Of a stretch of DNA of 64,000 nt, positions 20,623 to 30,046 are shown in pieces. The stretch comes from Verrucomicrobiota bacterium. Its GTDB lineage: Bacteria > Verrucomicrobiota > Verrucomicrobiia > Opitutales > Coraliomargaritaceae. The notes beneath the pieces were generated by a model. The model saw nothing but the letters and a program-made list of their open reading frames with translations. It was not told the origin of the DNA and ran no database searches. A program made the translations under genes and the position numbers. The first letter of the stretch is position 1; every line of letters begins with the position of its first letter. The stretch spans positions 192,920 through 256,919 of the forward strand of contig JBCBZJ010000004.1 of assembly GCA_039815375.1 (NCBI GenBank), in the 5' to 3' direction.

Positions 20623-23150
20623 TCGCTCGGTAACAACTGAGCGAGCTCCTCAAGATCGCCAAAGTGCTCGCTCATTTCTTTCGCGCTACCCATGTGACCC
20701 AGGGTATTCTCAAAAAGTTCACGTTTCTCCTTTTTGAGCTGCTGGATTCGCTGCTCGATGGTCCCTTCGGTAATCATACGGTAAACAAAAACACGGCGAT
20801 CCTGGCCGATTCGATGCACGCGGTCGACAGCCTGATTTTCGACGGCAGGGTTCCACCAGGGGTCGAGTAGGAAAACATAATCGGCAGCATGTAGCGTAAT
20901 GCCAGTTCCACCCGCGCGAAGACTCACGAGAATCACCGCTGCCCCGCCTTCGTTCTGGAAACGTTCTACCGGTTTGGACCGGTCCTTTGTTTCTCCGGTA
21001 AGCTCATGAAGGGCGATATTGGGGAAGTTTGTTCTTAGAATCGGCTTAAGTCGCTTAAGCAATTGGACAAACTGGCTGAAGATAACGATCTTACGCTTAC
21101 CGTCTCCTTCGAGTGCCTCACCGAGCCGCGTCAGCAACATCTGCACCTTCCCACTTTGACTCACGTCCGCATCCACATCCGGAATCAACCCGGGATCACA
21201 GCATGCCTGGCGCAGTCGGGTTAACAGAGAAAAGAAATGCATCGCATTGGCTTGCATCGCGACCTGTAGATTCTCACCAAGCTCGTCGCGACCGCGCGCA
21301 AGTAGATTCTCGTAGGTCTGGCGCTGCAGTCCAGTGATCGGACAAATCAAATCCATCTCAACCTTAGGCGGGAGGTCGGTCCCAACCTTATCCTTTTGGC
21401 GGCGAAGAATAAACGGTGCAATCTGCTGGCGCAGCCGCTTTTCAAAGGTTTGCCTTAATTCAAGGTTGGGCGCATTGGCGTTGTCTTCGAAACGGCGACG
21501 ACTACCCAGCAAACCAGGCATAAGAAAGCGAAAGAGTGTCCAAAGATCGAGCAGTCGATTCTCGATCGGGGTACCGGTCAAAGCGAGCCGGAATTCGGCA
21601 CGGATTGCGCAGCAGGCCTGCGTTACTTTAGCCTCGGGATTCTTGATTTGCTGCGCCTCATCCAGCACCGCATAACCGAAATCAACTCGTTCTAACAGAT
21701 GCTTGTGGCGGCGAAGCTGAGTATAACTTGCAATCCAAAGAGTCGTTTCTCCAATCTGATTTCGAGAAAAGTCTTCTCCGGTCCGAAGCACTGCCGTTCG
21801 CATATTGGGATACCAACGACGGACCTCGTTTTCCCAAACCGGCACGACACTGGCAGGACAAACAATCAGGCTGTCCTTTTTCTCAAAAGGATGGGAATTC
21901 AAAAGAGTAAGAACCTGAAGCGTTTTCCCCAGACCCATTTCATCAGCGAGAAGGCCGTGACAAGCCTGAGCGCGAAGGTTAGCCATCCAACGCACCCCAG
22001 CTTCCTGATAGTCCCGCAAAAATGAAGGCAGTGATGGGCTCATCTCTCTCTCCACATCTCCGAGCAGCGCCGCCCGCCAGGATTCAACCTCCTCTTCCAG
22101 ATCAAGCTCAGCCCCACGCTCGCCGAAAAGGGACAAGACCATATAGCGCGGCCAGGTTTGCGGTTGGTCCGATCCGGTAGACGCTGCGACGCGCCATTCC
22201 GCAAGCGCCTGAGATTGGTCGTCCGCAATGCGCACCAGGCCCAGTCCCTTCACAATGTGTGTGCCTCTACCTGCACGCGCGAGGCGCTCCGCATCTTCCG
22301 GATCGAGCCACTGACGCCCGAGCTTAAGCCGCCAATCCACTTGCATGCCATCTTCACCGACAGATTCAACCCGGCCAACGATTTTGACATCGCGCACACC
22401 CTCAGCCATATACTGTGCTTCCAAGTCAAGATCAATGTAGCTAAACACTTCTTCCCAGCGAGGCGTTGTGTGCGAGAAAAAAGGTCCAACCTGCTCGGGA
22501 TCGTTTAGAAGAAAGTCATTTGCTTCCGATCGATACCGGAAACCTGCATCCTTTGCCAAGCCTGTCAGTCGAACCAGTGCTTCACGCTCGGAACTGACCA
22601 ACGGTTTTTCATCACTTCGAAAGGCAGGTTCCTTGGAAAAGTCGGGATTGGTCCAGTAGGCCGTAAGACGCAGACCCGAACGCACACCCTCCACTTTCGG
22701 CGTCAGACGCCGAGCTGGCCGCTCTGCACGTTCAACAACAAATCTCTCGGCACGCCGACTTTCTCCAGCATGTTCGGAACGCTTATTCGCCTTCTTCACT
22801 TCATGAGGAACCGGTGCAATTTCATCCGCTACCAGCTCCTCAATCTCGTAAAGCCCGGCTACCGCCACTGCGCGTCCAAGCGCAAGGTCTTCAGTCGAAC
22901 TACGGACTTTCGGTCCCTCCTTAGTCCATTCGATCACAGCGTAACAAGTATCCTTCCGCGAAAAGGCACAATTCACGATCGCTTCGCCATCTGCGAGCTC
23001 GACACCGGAAATCAGACCTTCGCGGTAAATCTCCCGGCCACGTAACAACGATTCCTGATCAAAACTGCCTTCCCATTCGAATCCAACATTACCGAACCAC
23101 ACTTCAAGTGCGGCCTCATTGTAGACACGACTGGAGGCACGGGGCAGCAT
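20619..23150 (-). CDS. SNF2-family DEAD/DEAH helicase
   Basis: LADEMGLGKT, DEAQ, LTGTPIEN, SLRAGGTG, DPWWNPAVENQAVDRVHRIGQ. Confidence 0.93.
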   Translation of the reverse strand: MLPRASSRVYNEAALEVWFGNVGFEWEGSFDQESLLRGREIYREGLISGVELADGEAIVNCAFSRKDTCYAVIEWTKEGPKVRSSTEDLALGRAVAVAGLYEIEELVADEIAPVPHEVKKANKRSEHAGESRRAERFVVERAERPARRLTPKVEGVRSGLRLTAYWTNPDFSKEPAFRSDEKPLVSSEREALVRLTGLAKDAGFRYRSEANDFLLNDPEQVGPFFSHTTPRWEEVFSYIDLDLEAQYMAEGVRDVKIVGRVESVGEDGMQVDWRLKLGRQWLDPEDAERLARAGRGTHIVKGLGLVRIADDQSQALAEWRVAASTGSDQPQTWPRYMVLSLFGERGAELDLEEEVESWRAALLGDVEREMSPSLPSFLRDYQEAGVRWMANLRAQACHGLLADEMGLGKTLQVLTLLNSHPFEKKDSLIVCPASVVPVWENEVRRWYPNMRTAVLRTGEDFSRNQIGETTLWIASYTQLRRHKHLLERVDFGYAVLDEAQQIKNPEAKVTQACCAIRAEFRLALTGTPIENRLLDLWTLFRFLMPGLLGSRRRFEDNANAPNLELRQTFEKRLRQQIAPFILRRQKDKVGTDLPPKVEMDLICPITGLQRQTYENLLARGRDELGENLQVAMQANAMHFFSLLTRLRQACCDPGLIPDVDADVSQSGKVQMLLTRLGEALEGDGKRKIVIFSQFVQLLKRLKPILRTNFPNIALHELTGETKDRSKPVERFQNEGGAAVILVSLRAGGTGITLHAADYVFLLDPWWNPAVENQAVDRVHRIGQDRRVFVYRMITEGTIEQRIQQLKKEKRELFENTLGHMGSAKEMSEHFGDLEELAQLLPSD

Positions 23151-23201
23151 AAGGATATAATGAACCCCATACCGTAGCTTTCTAAACCGAGTCGCCGCAA
23201 G

Positions 23202-24977
23202 TTATTTTGCAATCGATTCAGCACCTGTTTCCAAGTCAATCCGGCGACCAATCAAACGTAGCAACACAAATGCCAGGATTGGGAAAAGAAAATAGAATAC
23301 AATCGGGGGCAGCCCAAAGAAGGCAATCAAGGTGTATCCGCTCACACTGGCTAATAACATAGTGCTTAGCGCATAGGGTAACTGCGTCGCCACATGGTGC
23401 AAATGGTCGCAACCTGTCGCCAATGAAGAAAGGACCGTTGTATCTGAGATTGGACTACAGTGGTCTCCAAAAATCGCACCATCCAAAACCGCAGCAGCAG
23501 TCAGCACAAAGATCATCATACGGGTAGGATCGTCCGCACCTAAAAGCCAAACGAAAGGCAGCATAATAGGAATCATCACACCCATCGTGCCCCAGCTCGT
23601 GCCCATGGCAAAGGCCATGCCTGCAGCCAGCACAAAGGTCAATAAGGGGACAGCCGCCAAGGGCAGGGCTTCTCCCACCATCGAAAGTAGATAATAGCTC
23701 GTGCCGAGCTCTTCACATATCGTTTTCATCGCCCAGGCCATCGGCAAAATGAATAGAGTCACGCCAAGTGTCGGCAAGGAGCCGGCATAGGCGCCGACAG
23801 CCTCGACAGGCTTGAGCAACCGCTGAAAAACAGGCATTAGAATTGCCACGATACCTCCCGCGACTGCAGCCCAGAAAAGCACTAACGGCACACCTGGACC
23901 ACCGTCGGGAAGACTTGGATCGTAGACCGTGATCCCGAAGATCTCACGGAGTCCGATCAAGGTGAAAAACTCGGGGCTCGAGCCATCACGCATCAAACGG
24001 CTAGAGCCCACATATAGAATGCCACCCAGCACACCAAACAAGACCGTCGCCAGAGGCACACCGGCATTCCACCAGCGAAAGGGAGTTCCTGCCGGTGGCT
24101 CGAGCCGCTCAGGATTTTCTCGAAGCAATGGCCTTGCATCCGGCGCAACCACTTGTCCTGTCTCTCGGGCTCTGCGCTCGGCTTTAAGCATCGGGCCGAA
24201 ATCGCGTCGCGTCATGATGTTAATGATTAGGAAGATCAAGGTGCCCCAACAGTAAAAACGCACCGGAAGCATTTGCACAAAAACAGCGTAGCCTCCCGTC
24301 TCCATTCCCAAGGACTGTACCGTCGAGCCCAAGAGCCAGACCTCGTAAGCGATCCAACTGGAAATCACGGCAAGACCGGCAATCGGCGCCGTCGTTGAAT
24401 CAACGATGTAGGCCAACTTCTCCCGAGAAATTTTGAAGCGGTCCGTCAAGCTCCGCATGGTTTGCCCAACCACAATAGTGTTCGAATAGTCGTCGAAGAA
24501 AATCATCAACCCAGCCCCGAATGTGGCAATCTTCGCAGAGCGGGCACTCCGCGCGATCCTGCTGAAGACAACGACCAATCCTTGAATGCCGCCGCTCTTG
24601 TAAAGCACATGGACCATACCGACGAGAGCGAAGAGGAAACCGAAAATATAAAGAGAGAACTGGCCCGTCACATTAGCCCAAAGAAAGTCCCTCACCGAAC
24701 TAGGCACAAAAACCAGCGGGTTGAAACCGAAATTCAAAACCGCCCCGGTAAGAAAGGCGCAACTCAAGGCAGCCACCAGTGAACGGAATGAGATCGCCAG
24801 AACCACGGCAACCAAAGGTGGCATAAGCGATGACCAATGCCCCTGGTCGCCACCGGCTGACTCCGGCAAGGGGCCCGTCGGCAAAAATTCCAGAATGAGA
24901 CAAATCAGCGCCAATGAAGTAAGGCATGCGATCCAGCGCACGGGTTGTCTCCAAAGGTTAGTTCTCGAATTTGCCAT
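23202..24977 (-). CDS. NhaC-family transporter
   Basis: FFDDYSN, SREKLAYIVDST, GTSWGT, FGDHCSPISDTT. Confidence 0.9.
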   Translation of the reverse strand: MANSRTNLWRQPVRWIACLTSLALICLILEFLPTGPLPESAGGDQGHWSSLMPPLVAVVLAISFRSLVAALSCAFLTGAVLNFGFNPLVFVPSSVRDFLWANVTGQFSLYIFGFLFALVGMVHVLYKSGGIQGLVVVFSRIARSARSAKIATFGAGLMIFFDDYSNTIVVGQTMRSLTDRFKISREKLAYIVDSTTAPIAGLAVISSWIAYEVWLLGSTVQSLGMETGGYAVFVQMLPVRFYCWGTLIFLIINIMTRRDFGPMLKAERRARETGQVVAPDARPLLRENPERLEPPAGTPFRWWNAGVPLATVLFGVLGGILYVGSSRLMRDGSSPEFFTLIGLREIFGITVYDPSLPDGGPGVPLVLFWAAVAGGIVAILMPVFQRLLKPVEAVGAYAGSLPTLGVTLFILPMAWAMKTICEELGTSYYLLSMVGEALPLAAVPLLTFVLAAGMAFAMGTSWGTMGVMIPIMLPFVWLLGADDPTRMMIFVLTAAAVLDGAIFGDHCSPISDTTVLSSLATGCDHLHHVATQLPYALSTMLLASVSGYTLIAFFGLPPIVFYFLFPILAFVLLRLIGRRIDLETGAESIAK

Positions 24978-24979
24978 CT

Positions 24980-25516
24980 TTACAACTTTCCCTCAACCGG
25001 CACTTCACGAGTGCGACAAATAACGGCATCCTTGAACTCTGGATAGTCCGAGCAGAGCGTCTCGCGTTCCCCGAGCTCGAAGTCAGACCACTCGAAACCA
25101 GGGACCATCATACAACTCCCGAAGAAGAATCCAGCCTCACCAGCCACCAGCTTGGTGCCCTGCCAACTGCCCATCGGCGTGGTCAGTTGCAACTTCTCAC
25201 CGGCCTCAAGATTGGATCCGATCCTGAGCAGCTCGCCACGACCATTCTCATGCAGAAGTAGCATCTCGGCAGAATCGCCAAGGTGATGGAACCAATGCTC
25301 CGCTGTCGGAAGGCGATGCATCGCTGAAAATGAATCTGCTGTCAGCAGGAAGTAGATCAATGTGCCCATAGGATGGTCACCTTTTTCGGGATAGCGCGAA
25401 CACAGCTCGCTATTCCGGACTCTTAAACCACTCCGCCATACCTGACGGAAGTAGCCACCTTCCTGATCGAGCGGTTCCAAGCCGTAGTGCTCGATAATGG
25501 CCTCTGCTGTCAGCAT
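24980..25516 (-). CDS. DUF985 (cupin_5) protein
   Basis: L.P..EGGYFR, IYFLL, HRL..AE.W.H..G, WQ, VPGFEW.DFE. Confidence 0.88.
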   Translation of the reverse strand: MLTAEAIIEHYGLEPLDQEGGYFRQVWRSGLRVRNSELCSRYPEKGDHPMGTLIYFLLTADSFSAMHRLPTAEHWFHHLGDSAEMLLLHENGRGELLRIGSNLEAGEKLQLTTPMGSWQGTKLVAGEAGFFFGSCMMVPGFEWSDFELGERETLCSDYPEFKDAVICRTREVPVEGKL

Positions 25517-25523
25517 ACGGGCA

Positions 25524-26516
25524 CTATTCAGCCATCAGCTCATCGAGCAAGGCAAAGAGCACAGCAGCCCCGCCGCGGGACGCCTTCACATCATAGATAT
25601 TCTCATCATTCTTACCTTCCTGGCCACCTGCCAAATCACTCACCGCACGAATAATCACCCAGTCGATGTCGTTGATGTGACAGACCTGCCCGATTGCGGC
25701 CGATTCCATCTCTGTAACCTCTGCATTGAACACGTCACGTATCCATTTCCGGTATTCGCGGTTATCCACGAAAACTGATCCGGTCACACCATTACCTCCC
25801 ACCGTGATCGCAGCCATCCGCCCTGGTAGAACCTCGATCTCAGGCATGGATTGAATCGCTGCAGCAGTCGCTTCGAGCAAGCGAGGCGTAGCAGAAAAGT
25901 AAGCAGTCTCTTTGGGCTCAGTCATGCCCTCTTTGATAATCAGCACGTCATCCGGGTGGATCATCCCAAAGGGTTTGTAATTGGGAATGTTGGGATCTTT
26001 TGCTCGGCGTGCGTCCTTTCGACTGAGAAAGCCCTCGTAATAATCCGGCTCGATAAATTCACCCGTTTCATTCGGGTCGGGATTCACATAGACGCTCTCA
26101 TCGTGATAATACCATCGGGCCGGCACAGTCACGTCGCCCGGCTGCAGTTGTGGATTCACCGCGCCCGCGATTCCCATATAGATCACTTCTTTGATCGGAA
26201 AATAGTCGAAGGCCATCTGCATACTCATCGCAGCATTCGCGATACTCATGCCGGTAGCAAAAACGATCACCGGCTCACCCTGATAGGTGCCGATTCGATA
26301 ACGAACTCCCTTGATCGCGAAAACCTCACCCATCTCCGCATTTGGGTTCGCATCGATTGCTTCGACCAGAGCGATCATCTCCGGCTCGTAGGCCACCACA
26401 ATCGCAGTCAAAGGTTCGGCATCAAAGGTCCGGGGACCGTAGGCTGTTTCCGTTGTAGCACATCCAGAAAACCAGACGACGGTAACAGTTATCAGAAGTG
26501 AAATAGTCTTATGCAT
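25524..26516 (-). CDS. MTA/SAH-nucleosidase-fold lipoprotein
   Basis: Lipobox FSG-C; GIAG, PGDV, EMESAA, IRAVSD. Confidence 0.85.
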   Translation of the reverse strand: MHKTISLLITVTVVWFSGCATTETAYGPRTFDAEPLTAIVVAYEPEMIALVEAIDANPNAEMGEVFAIKGVRYRIGTYQGEPVIVFATGMSIANAAMSMQMAFDYFPIKEVIYMGIAGAVNPQLQPGDVTVPARWYYHDESVYVNPDPNETGEFIEPDYYEGFLSRKDARRAKDPNIPNYKPFGMIHPDDVLIIKEGMTEPKETAYFSATPRLLEATAAAIQSMPEIEVLPGRMAAITVGGNGVTGSVFVDNREYRKWIRDVFNAEVTEMESAAIGQVCHINDIDWVIIRAVSDLAGGQEGKNDENIYDVKASRGGAAVLFALLDELMAE

Positions 26517-26521
26517 TTTTC

Positions 26522-27841
26522 TTATTTTTTAATTCGTATGCCCATACGCAGAGTCTTCGAGTCGACCTCGCCCGGGTAAGCGTAATTCTCCATCTCGGGA
26601 GGACTGGTTATCTCGTAATCGTATCCAGAAAGCAAATACCCAAGAATCAAAGGCATCTGGATGCGAACCAAGTTCATCCCGATGCAGGTATGCGACCCAC
26701 CACCAAAAGTGCCGTGTGCATTTCTCGGGTAGTTGTGATCCAACCAGCGGCCAGGATTAAAAACAAAAGGTTCCTCATAGATCGAATTGTCGAAGTGCAT
26801 CAGACTCGCCAGATGCAGGCAGTTTGTTCCTGCGCCTATCGGATAGCCGAGAAATTCAATGTCCTGGGCAGGCACTCGCGGTAGAACCGGAGCCGCCGGA
26901 AACATGCGCTCCGTTTCAAGCAAGGTCGCTTTAAGCAGCGGGAAATGCTTCATTCCTTCGGCCAGCCTATGAGCATCAAAGTCACCAATTTCTTCGCGCA
27001 GCCTGGCAGTCCACTCGGGATTGAGGCTAAGCGCATGCAAGAGATAGCTTGTCAGCTTCGAAGTATTGCCAGTGCCGGCAATCAGCAGCAAATACGTATC
27101 ATAGATCAGCTCTTCTTCGCTCAGTGGATCGATCGCAGAACTGGTTTTTTGCTGAATGACTTCGTCGAGTAAATCCTCAGGATCGTCACGTTCCAGTCGC
27201 GCTTTGACGATTTCGTGCAGCTGAGTCAGGACAACGTTTTTCACGTCCAGATAGGAAGCGCGGTTGTAAATCAACTCACGCTCATGCCTCTTCATAAAGA
27301 GTGCACCGATGAAACCTTCTTCAAAATCCACCATCCGCTCGATTTCCTCTTCGGAAAAAACAGCTTTTACTGAGCTGCGTGCCTGCGCCCGTGTCAGCAT
27401 TTTCATGAGCTCATGGTGCGATTCCACTTCCTTCCCTTCGATCGCGGCGAGTCCCTCTTGTATCGTCTCTGCGGTAGCGGCTATACTGGACATGACAGAA
27501 GAATTCTTGAAGCCCTTGTTGAGAAGGCGGCGCTTTCGGCGGTGCGGCTCGCGGTCCAGCTGAGTAAGATGCAGTTCGCTCAACTCCTCGCGAAAAACAG
27601 CAACGGCTTGACCATAGCTCCAGTTGTCCGGCGTGCGCCAAGCCACCTCATTGGCATCGAGTCCGGAAAGGATCACAAAAGTCTCACCGTTCACTTCGGT
27701 GGTAAAAACCGAGCCTGCTTCACGATAAGCCTCGAGAAAAGACTCAGCCGTATACCCACGAAACTGGATCGGCGTTTTCGAGCTCTCTTTACTGTGACGG
27801 ACAAGTTTATCACCCGGAAAGTATGCAACTTCTTTGACCAT
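26522..27841 (-). CDS. cytochrome P450 with atypical I helix
   Basis: FGGGSHTCIG heme loop, ETER (ExxR), FNPGRW; I helix AGTGNT. Confidence 0.92.
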   Translation of the reverse strand: MVKEVAYFPGDKLVRHSKESSKTPIQFRGYTAESFLEAYREAGSVFTTEVNGETFVILSGLDANEVAWRTPDNWSYGQAVAVFREELSELHLTQLDREPHRRKRRLLNKGFKNSSVMSSIAATAETIQEGLAAIEGKEVESHHELMKMLTRAQARSSVKAVFSEEEIERMVDFEEGFIGALFMKRHERELIYNRASYLDVKNVVLTQLHEIVKARLERDDPEDLLDEVIQQKTSSAIDPLSEEELIYDTYLLLIAGTGNTSKLTSYLLHALSLNPEWTARLREEIGDFDAHRLAEGMKHFPLLKATLLETERMFPAAPVLPRVPAQDIEFLGYPIGAGTNCLHLASLMHFDNSIYEEPFVFNPGRWLDHNYPRNAHGTFGGGSHTCIGMNLVRIQMPLILGYLLSGYDYEITSPPEMENYAYPGEVDSKTLRMGIRIKK

Positions 27842-27842
27842 T

Positions 27843-29189
27843 CTATATGCCCTCCTCGTGAACCAACTCAGCGGGTTCGCCCTTTCTTAAATATACCAGA
27901 TTCATAATGACTGCAGTTAGGCCGCCAGTCGCCACAGACGAGCTCAAGACGCCGCGCAAGAGCGGCGGCAGGCTCTCCACCAAGGCATCTTGACTGGGTA
28001 TCCCGAAGGCCATGCCGAGACTGATAGCGAGAACCAATACTTCCTTACTGCCGATTGGCACCTGATTAATCATACGAAGACCAGCTCCAGCGATCAGGCC
28101 AAAGAGCAGCAGAGTGACGCCGCCCAACACCGGTTTGGGGATCATCGAAAAGAACACTCCCGTCTGCGGCAGAAGTGCACAGAGAATGAGAATGCCCGCG
28201 ACGTAAAAACCCACTTGTCGACTGCCAACACCTGTCAGTTGAATAACACCATTGTTCTGAGAGAACGTTGAGGTCGGAAAGGCGGAAATCAGCGCCGCCA
28301 AGGTCGAAGCAATCGCATCCGAAAAAATACCGCCGCGTAGGCGTTTCCAGAAACGCTCACCTGTGGTCTCCATTCCCGAAAGACTCGCCGTCGCACTCAG
28401 GTCGCCGATCGATTCGATCGAGGAAACCAAATAGATAATGGCAAAGGGCAAAAGGAGCTCCCACTTGAAGGCGAGTCCGGCTTTCAGTGGCTCGGGCACG
28501 ATCAACCAGTTGCCCTCTCCAACATCAGGCCACTGCAGCAATCCGAAAAGCGATGCAATGGCGTAACCAATCGCAATCGCCAGCACAGGACCACAAATGC
28601 GAAGCATGGGCTTACCTAAAATCTGAGTCAGCAAAAGAATCCCGACAACGACGCCTGCGAGCAGGCAATTCTGGCTCCAGATGATTTCTCCTTCAGCACT
28701 TGGTGACGCGATGTAGTAACCTGCGACCGGGATCAGTGTCAGACCAATCAAAAGGACGACGATCCCGGCAACCATGGGGGAAAAGAGTCGACGCATACCA
28801 GGCAAAAAGAAAGCGAGTGTAAACTGGAGCGGAACGGCCGCGAGCGTCATGCCACAGGCCAAAGCGATTCCGCCCTCACTGCCTGACCGAAGGAGCAAAT
28901 CGAGGTAGGCAAAACTGGTTCCGTTAACCGAAAGAAGCCCGGACCCAATCGGTCCGAGGCGAGCTGCCTGCAGTAAGGTGCCAACGCCAGCCGTGAGGAG
29001 CGACATACTGATCAGATAACGCTGCATCTCCGGCGCAAGCTCGACCACGGAAATGAAAATCAAAGCTGGCGTAATACAGCCAATAAACATGGCCACGACC
29101 TGCTGCAAAGCCGCCAGTAAGGCTTTGGGTGCAGGCATAACACTATCGTGTGGATAGAGGAGTTCTGTCTTCGGAGAGGAAGCCTGCAC
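27843..29189 (-). CDS. NCS2/NAT xanthine-uric acid family permease
   Basis: NAT signature FSQNNGVIQLTG, ESIGD, PVLGG. Confidence 0.92.
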   Translation of the reverse strand: MQASSPKTELLYPHDSVMPAPKALLAALQQVVAMFIGCITPALIFISVVELAPEMQRYLISMSLLTAGVGTLLQAARLGPIGSGLLSVNGTSFAYLDLLLRSGSEGGIALACGMTLAAVPLQFTLAFFLPGMRRLFSPMVAGIVVLLIGLTLIPVAGYYIASPSAEGEIIWSQNCLLAGVVVGILLLTQILGKPMLRICGPVLAIAIGYAIASLFGLLQWPDVGEGNWLIVPEPLKAGLAFKWELLLPFAIIYLVSSIESIGDLSATASLSGMETTGERFWKRLRGGIFSDAIASTLAALISAFPTSTFSQNNGVIQLTGVGSRQVGFYVAGILILCALLPQTGVFFSMIPKPVLGGVTLLLFGLIAGAGLRMINQVPIGSKEVLVLAISLGMAFGIPSQDALVESLPPLLRGVLSSSVATGGLTAVIMNLVYLRKGEPAELVHEEGI

Positions 29190-29199
29190 AAGCCACTCT

Positions 29200-29216
29200 T
29201 AGCAGGTTCTTTACCA
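29200..29216 (-). promoter_or_regulatory. sigma54-type -24/-12 promoter of the permease-P450 operon
   Basis: Minus strand TGGTAAAGAACCTGCTA, GG-N10-GC, about 12 nt before the start codon. Confidence 0.6.
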
Positions 29217-29246
29217 GCTTAGCAGAAGAACTCTACCAACATCAAA

Positions 29247-29262
29247 TGGCATGAAAACTGTT
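29247..29262 (+). promoter_or_regulatory. sigma54-like promoter of the nucleosidase-permease-hpt operon
   Basis: TGGCATGAAAACTGTT (GG-N10-GT variant), about 12 nt before ATG 29273. Confidence 0.45.
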
Positions 29263-29272
29263 GTGTGCAGCT

Positions 29273-30043
29273 ATGCCCAAAAAAGCAAAGCGCCCCCTCA
29301 TTCTCGTGCTCAGTGCGATGCCTTCGGAAATCAAAATCATTCAAGAAGCGCTGGTTTCGAGCAAAGCAGGCACTGTTTCCATTTTCCCCTACCTTGGTGG
29401 CACACTGGGTGACTTTGACGTGATCAGCACTGTGACCGGAGTCGGCGTAACCAACGGCGCGATGTGTACTGCTCTCTTTCTTGAAGCGTTCAAGCCTGCT
29501 GCAGTCCTCGTCTCTGGCACGGGATCCCGCTTCAACCCAGAGGTCGATTGCGGCGATGTGATTCTCTCCAAACAGACCATCCATCACGCAGCGGGGAGCC
29601 TGACCGATGACGGAATGGTCTACCGCAAGGTGCGAGGGCCACTACCGGGCATGATGACGAACTACGCCTACAGGCCGGATCCTCATCTATTTAAGGAAGC
29701 CAAACGCATTGCCAAAGATTACACCGCTGAACACGTCACCGTGGATGGCGAACGCTACCGTCCCAAGGTCTATCCGGGCATTGTCACGGCAAGCGATCTT
29801 TTCGGCATCAACCAAGCCAAGATCAATGACATGCGCACCAAACTGAAGCCTGACCTGATGGAGATGGAGAGTGCTGCAATTGCTCAGGTCTGCGACCACC
29901 TGGGCTACCCACACCAGATCTTCCGTGCGGGCAGCAACCGAACGCAACCCGACCCTGGCAACGACTACCGTAAATATGGTCAGAAAGCGGCAGCTTCGGC
30001 AGCACGTTGGACTGTGCACTACTTGAAGGAGCTGAAACTTTAG
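29273..30043 (+). CDS. MTA/SAH-nucleosidase-fold enzyme, Asn variant
   Basis: SAMPSE, TGVG..N, GDV, EMESAA, RAGSN. Confidence 0.85.
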   Translation: MPKKAKRPLILVLSAMPSEIKIIQEALVSSKAGTVSIFPYLGGTLGDFDVISTVTGVGVTNGAMCTALFLEAFKPAAVLVSGTGSRFNPEVDCGDVILSKQTIHHAAGSLTDDGMVYRKVRGPLPGMMTNYAYRPDPHLFKEAKRIAKDYTAEHVTVDGERYRPKVYPGIVTASDLFGINQAKINDMRTKLKPDLMEMESAAIAQVCDHLGYPHQIFRAGSNRTQPDPGNDYRKYGQKAAASAARWTVHYLKELKL

Positions 30044-30046
30044 CCG

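Noticed and set aside
20619..23150. SNF2 helicase as part of an anti-phage system
   Set aside because: No methylase, nuclease or other defence partner adjacent
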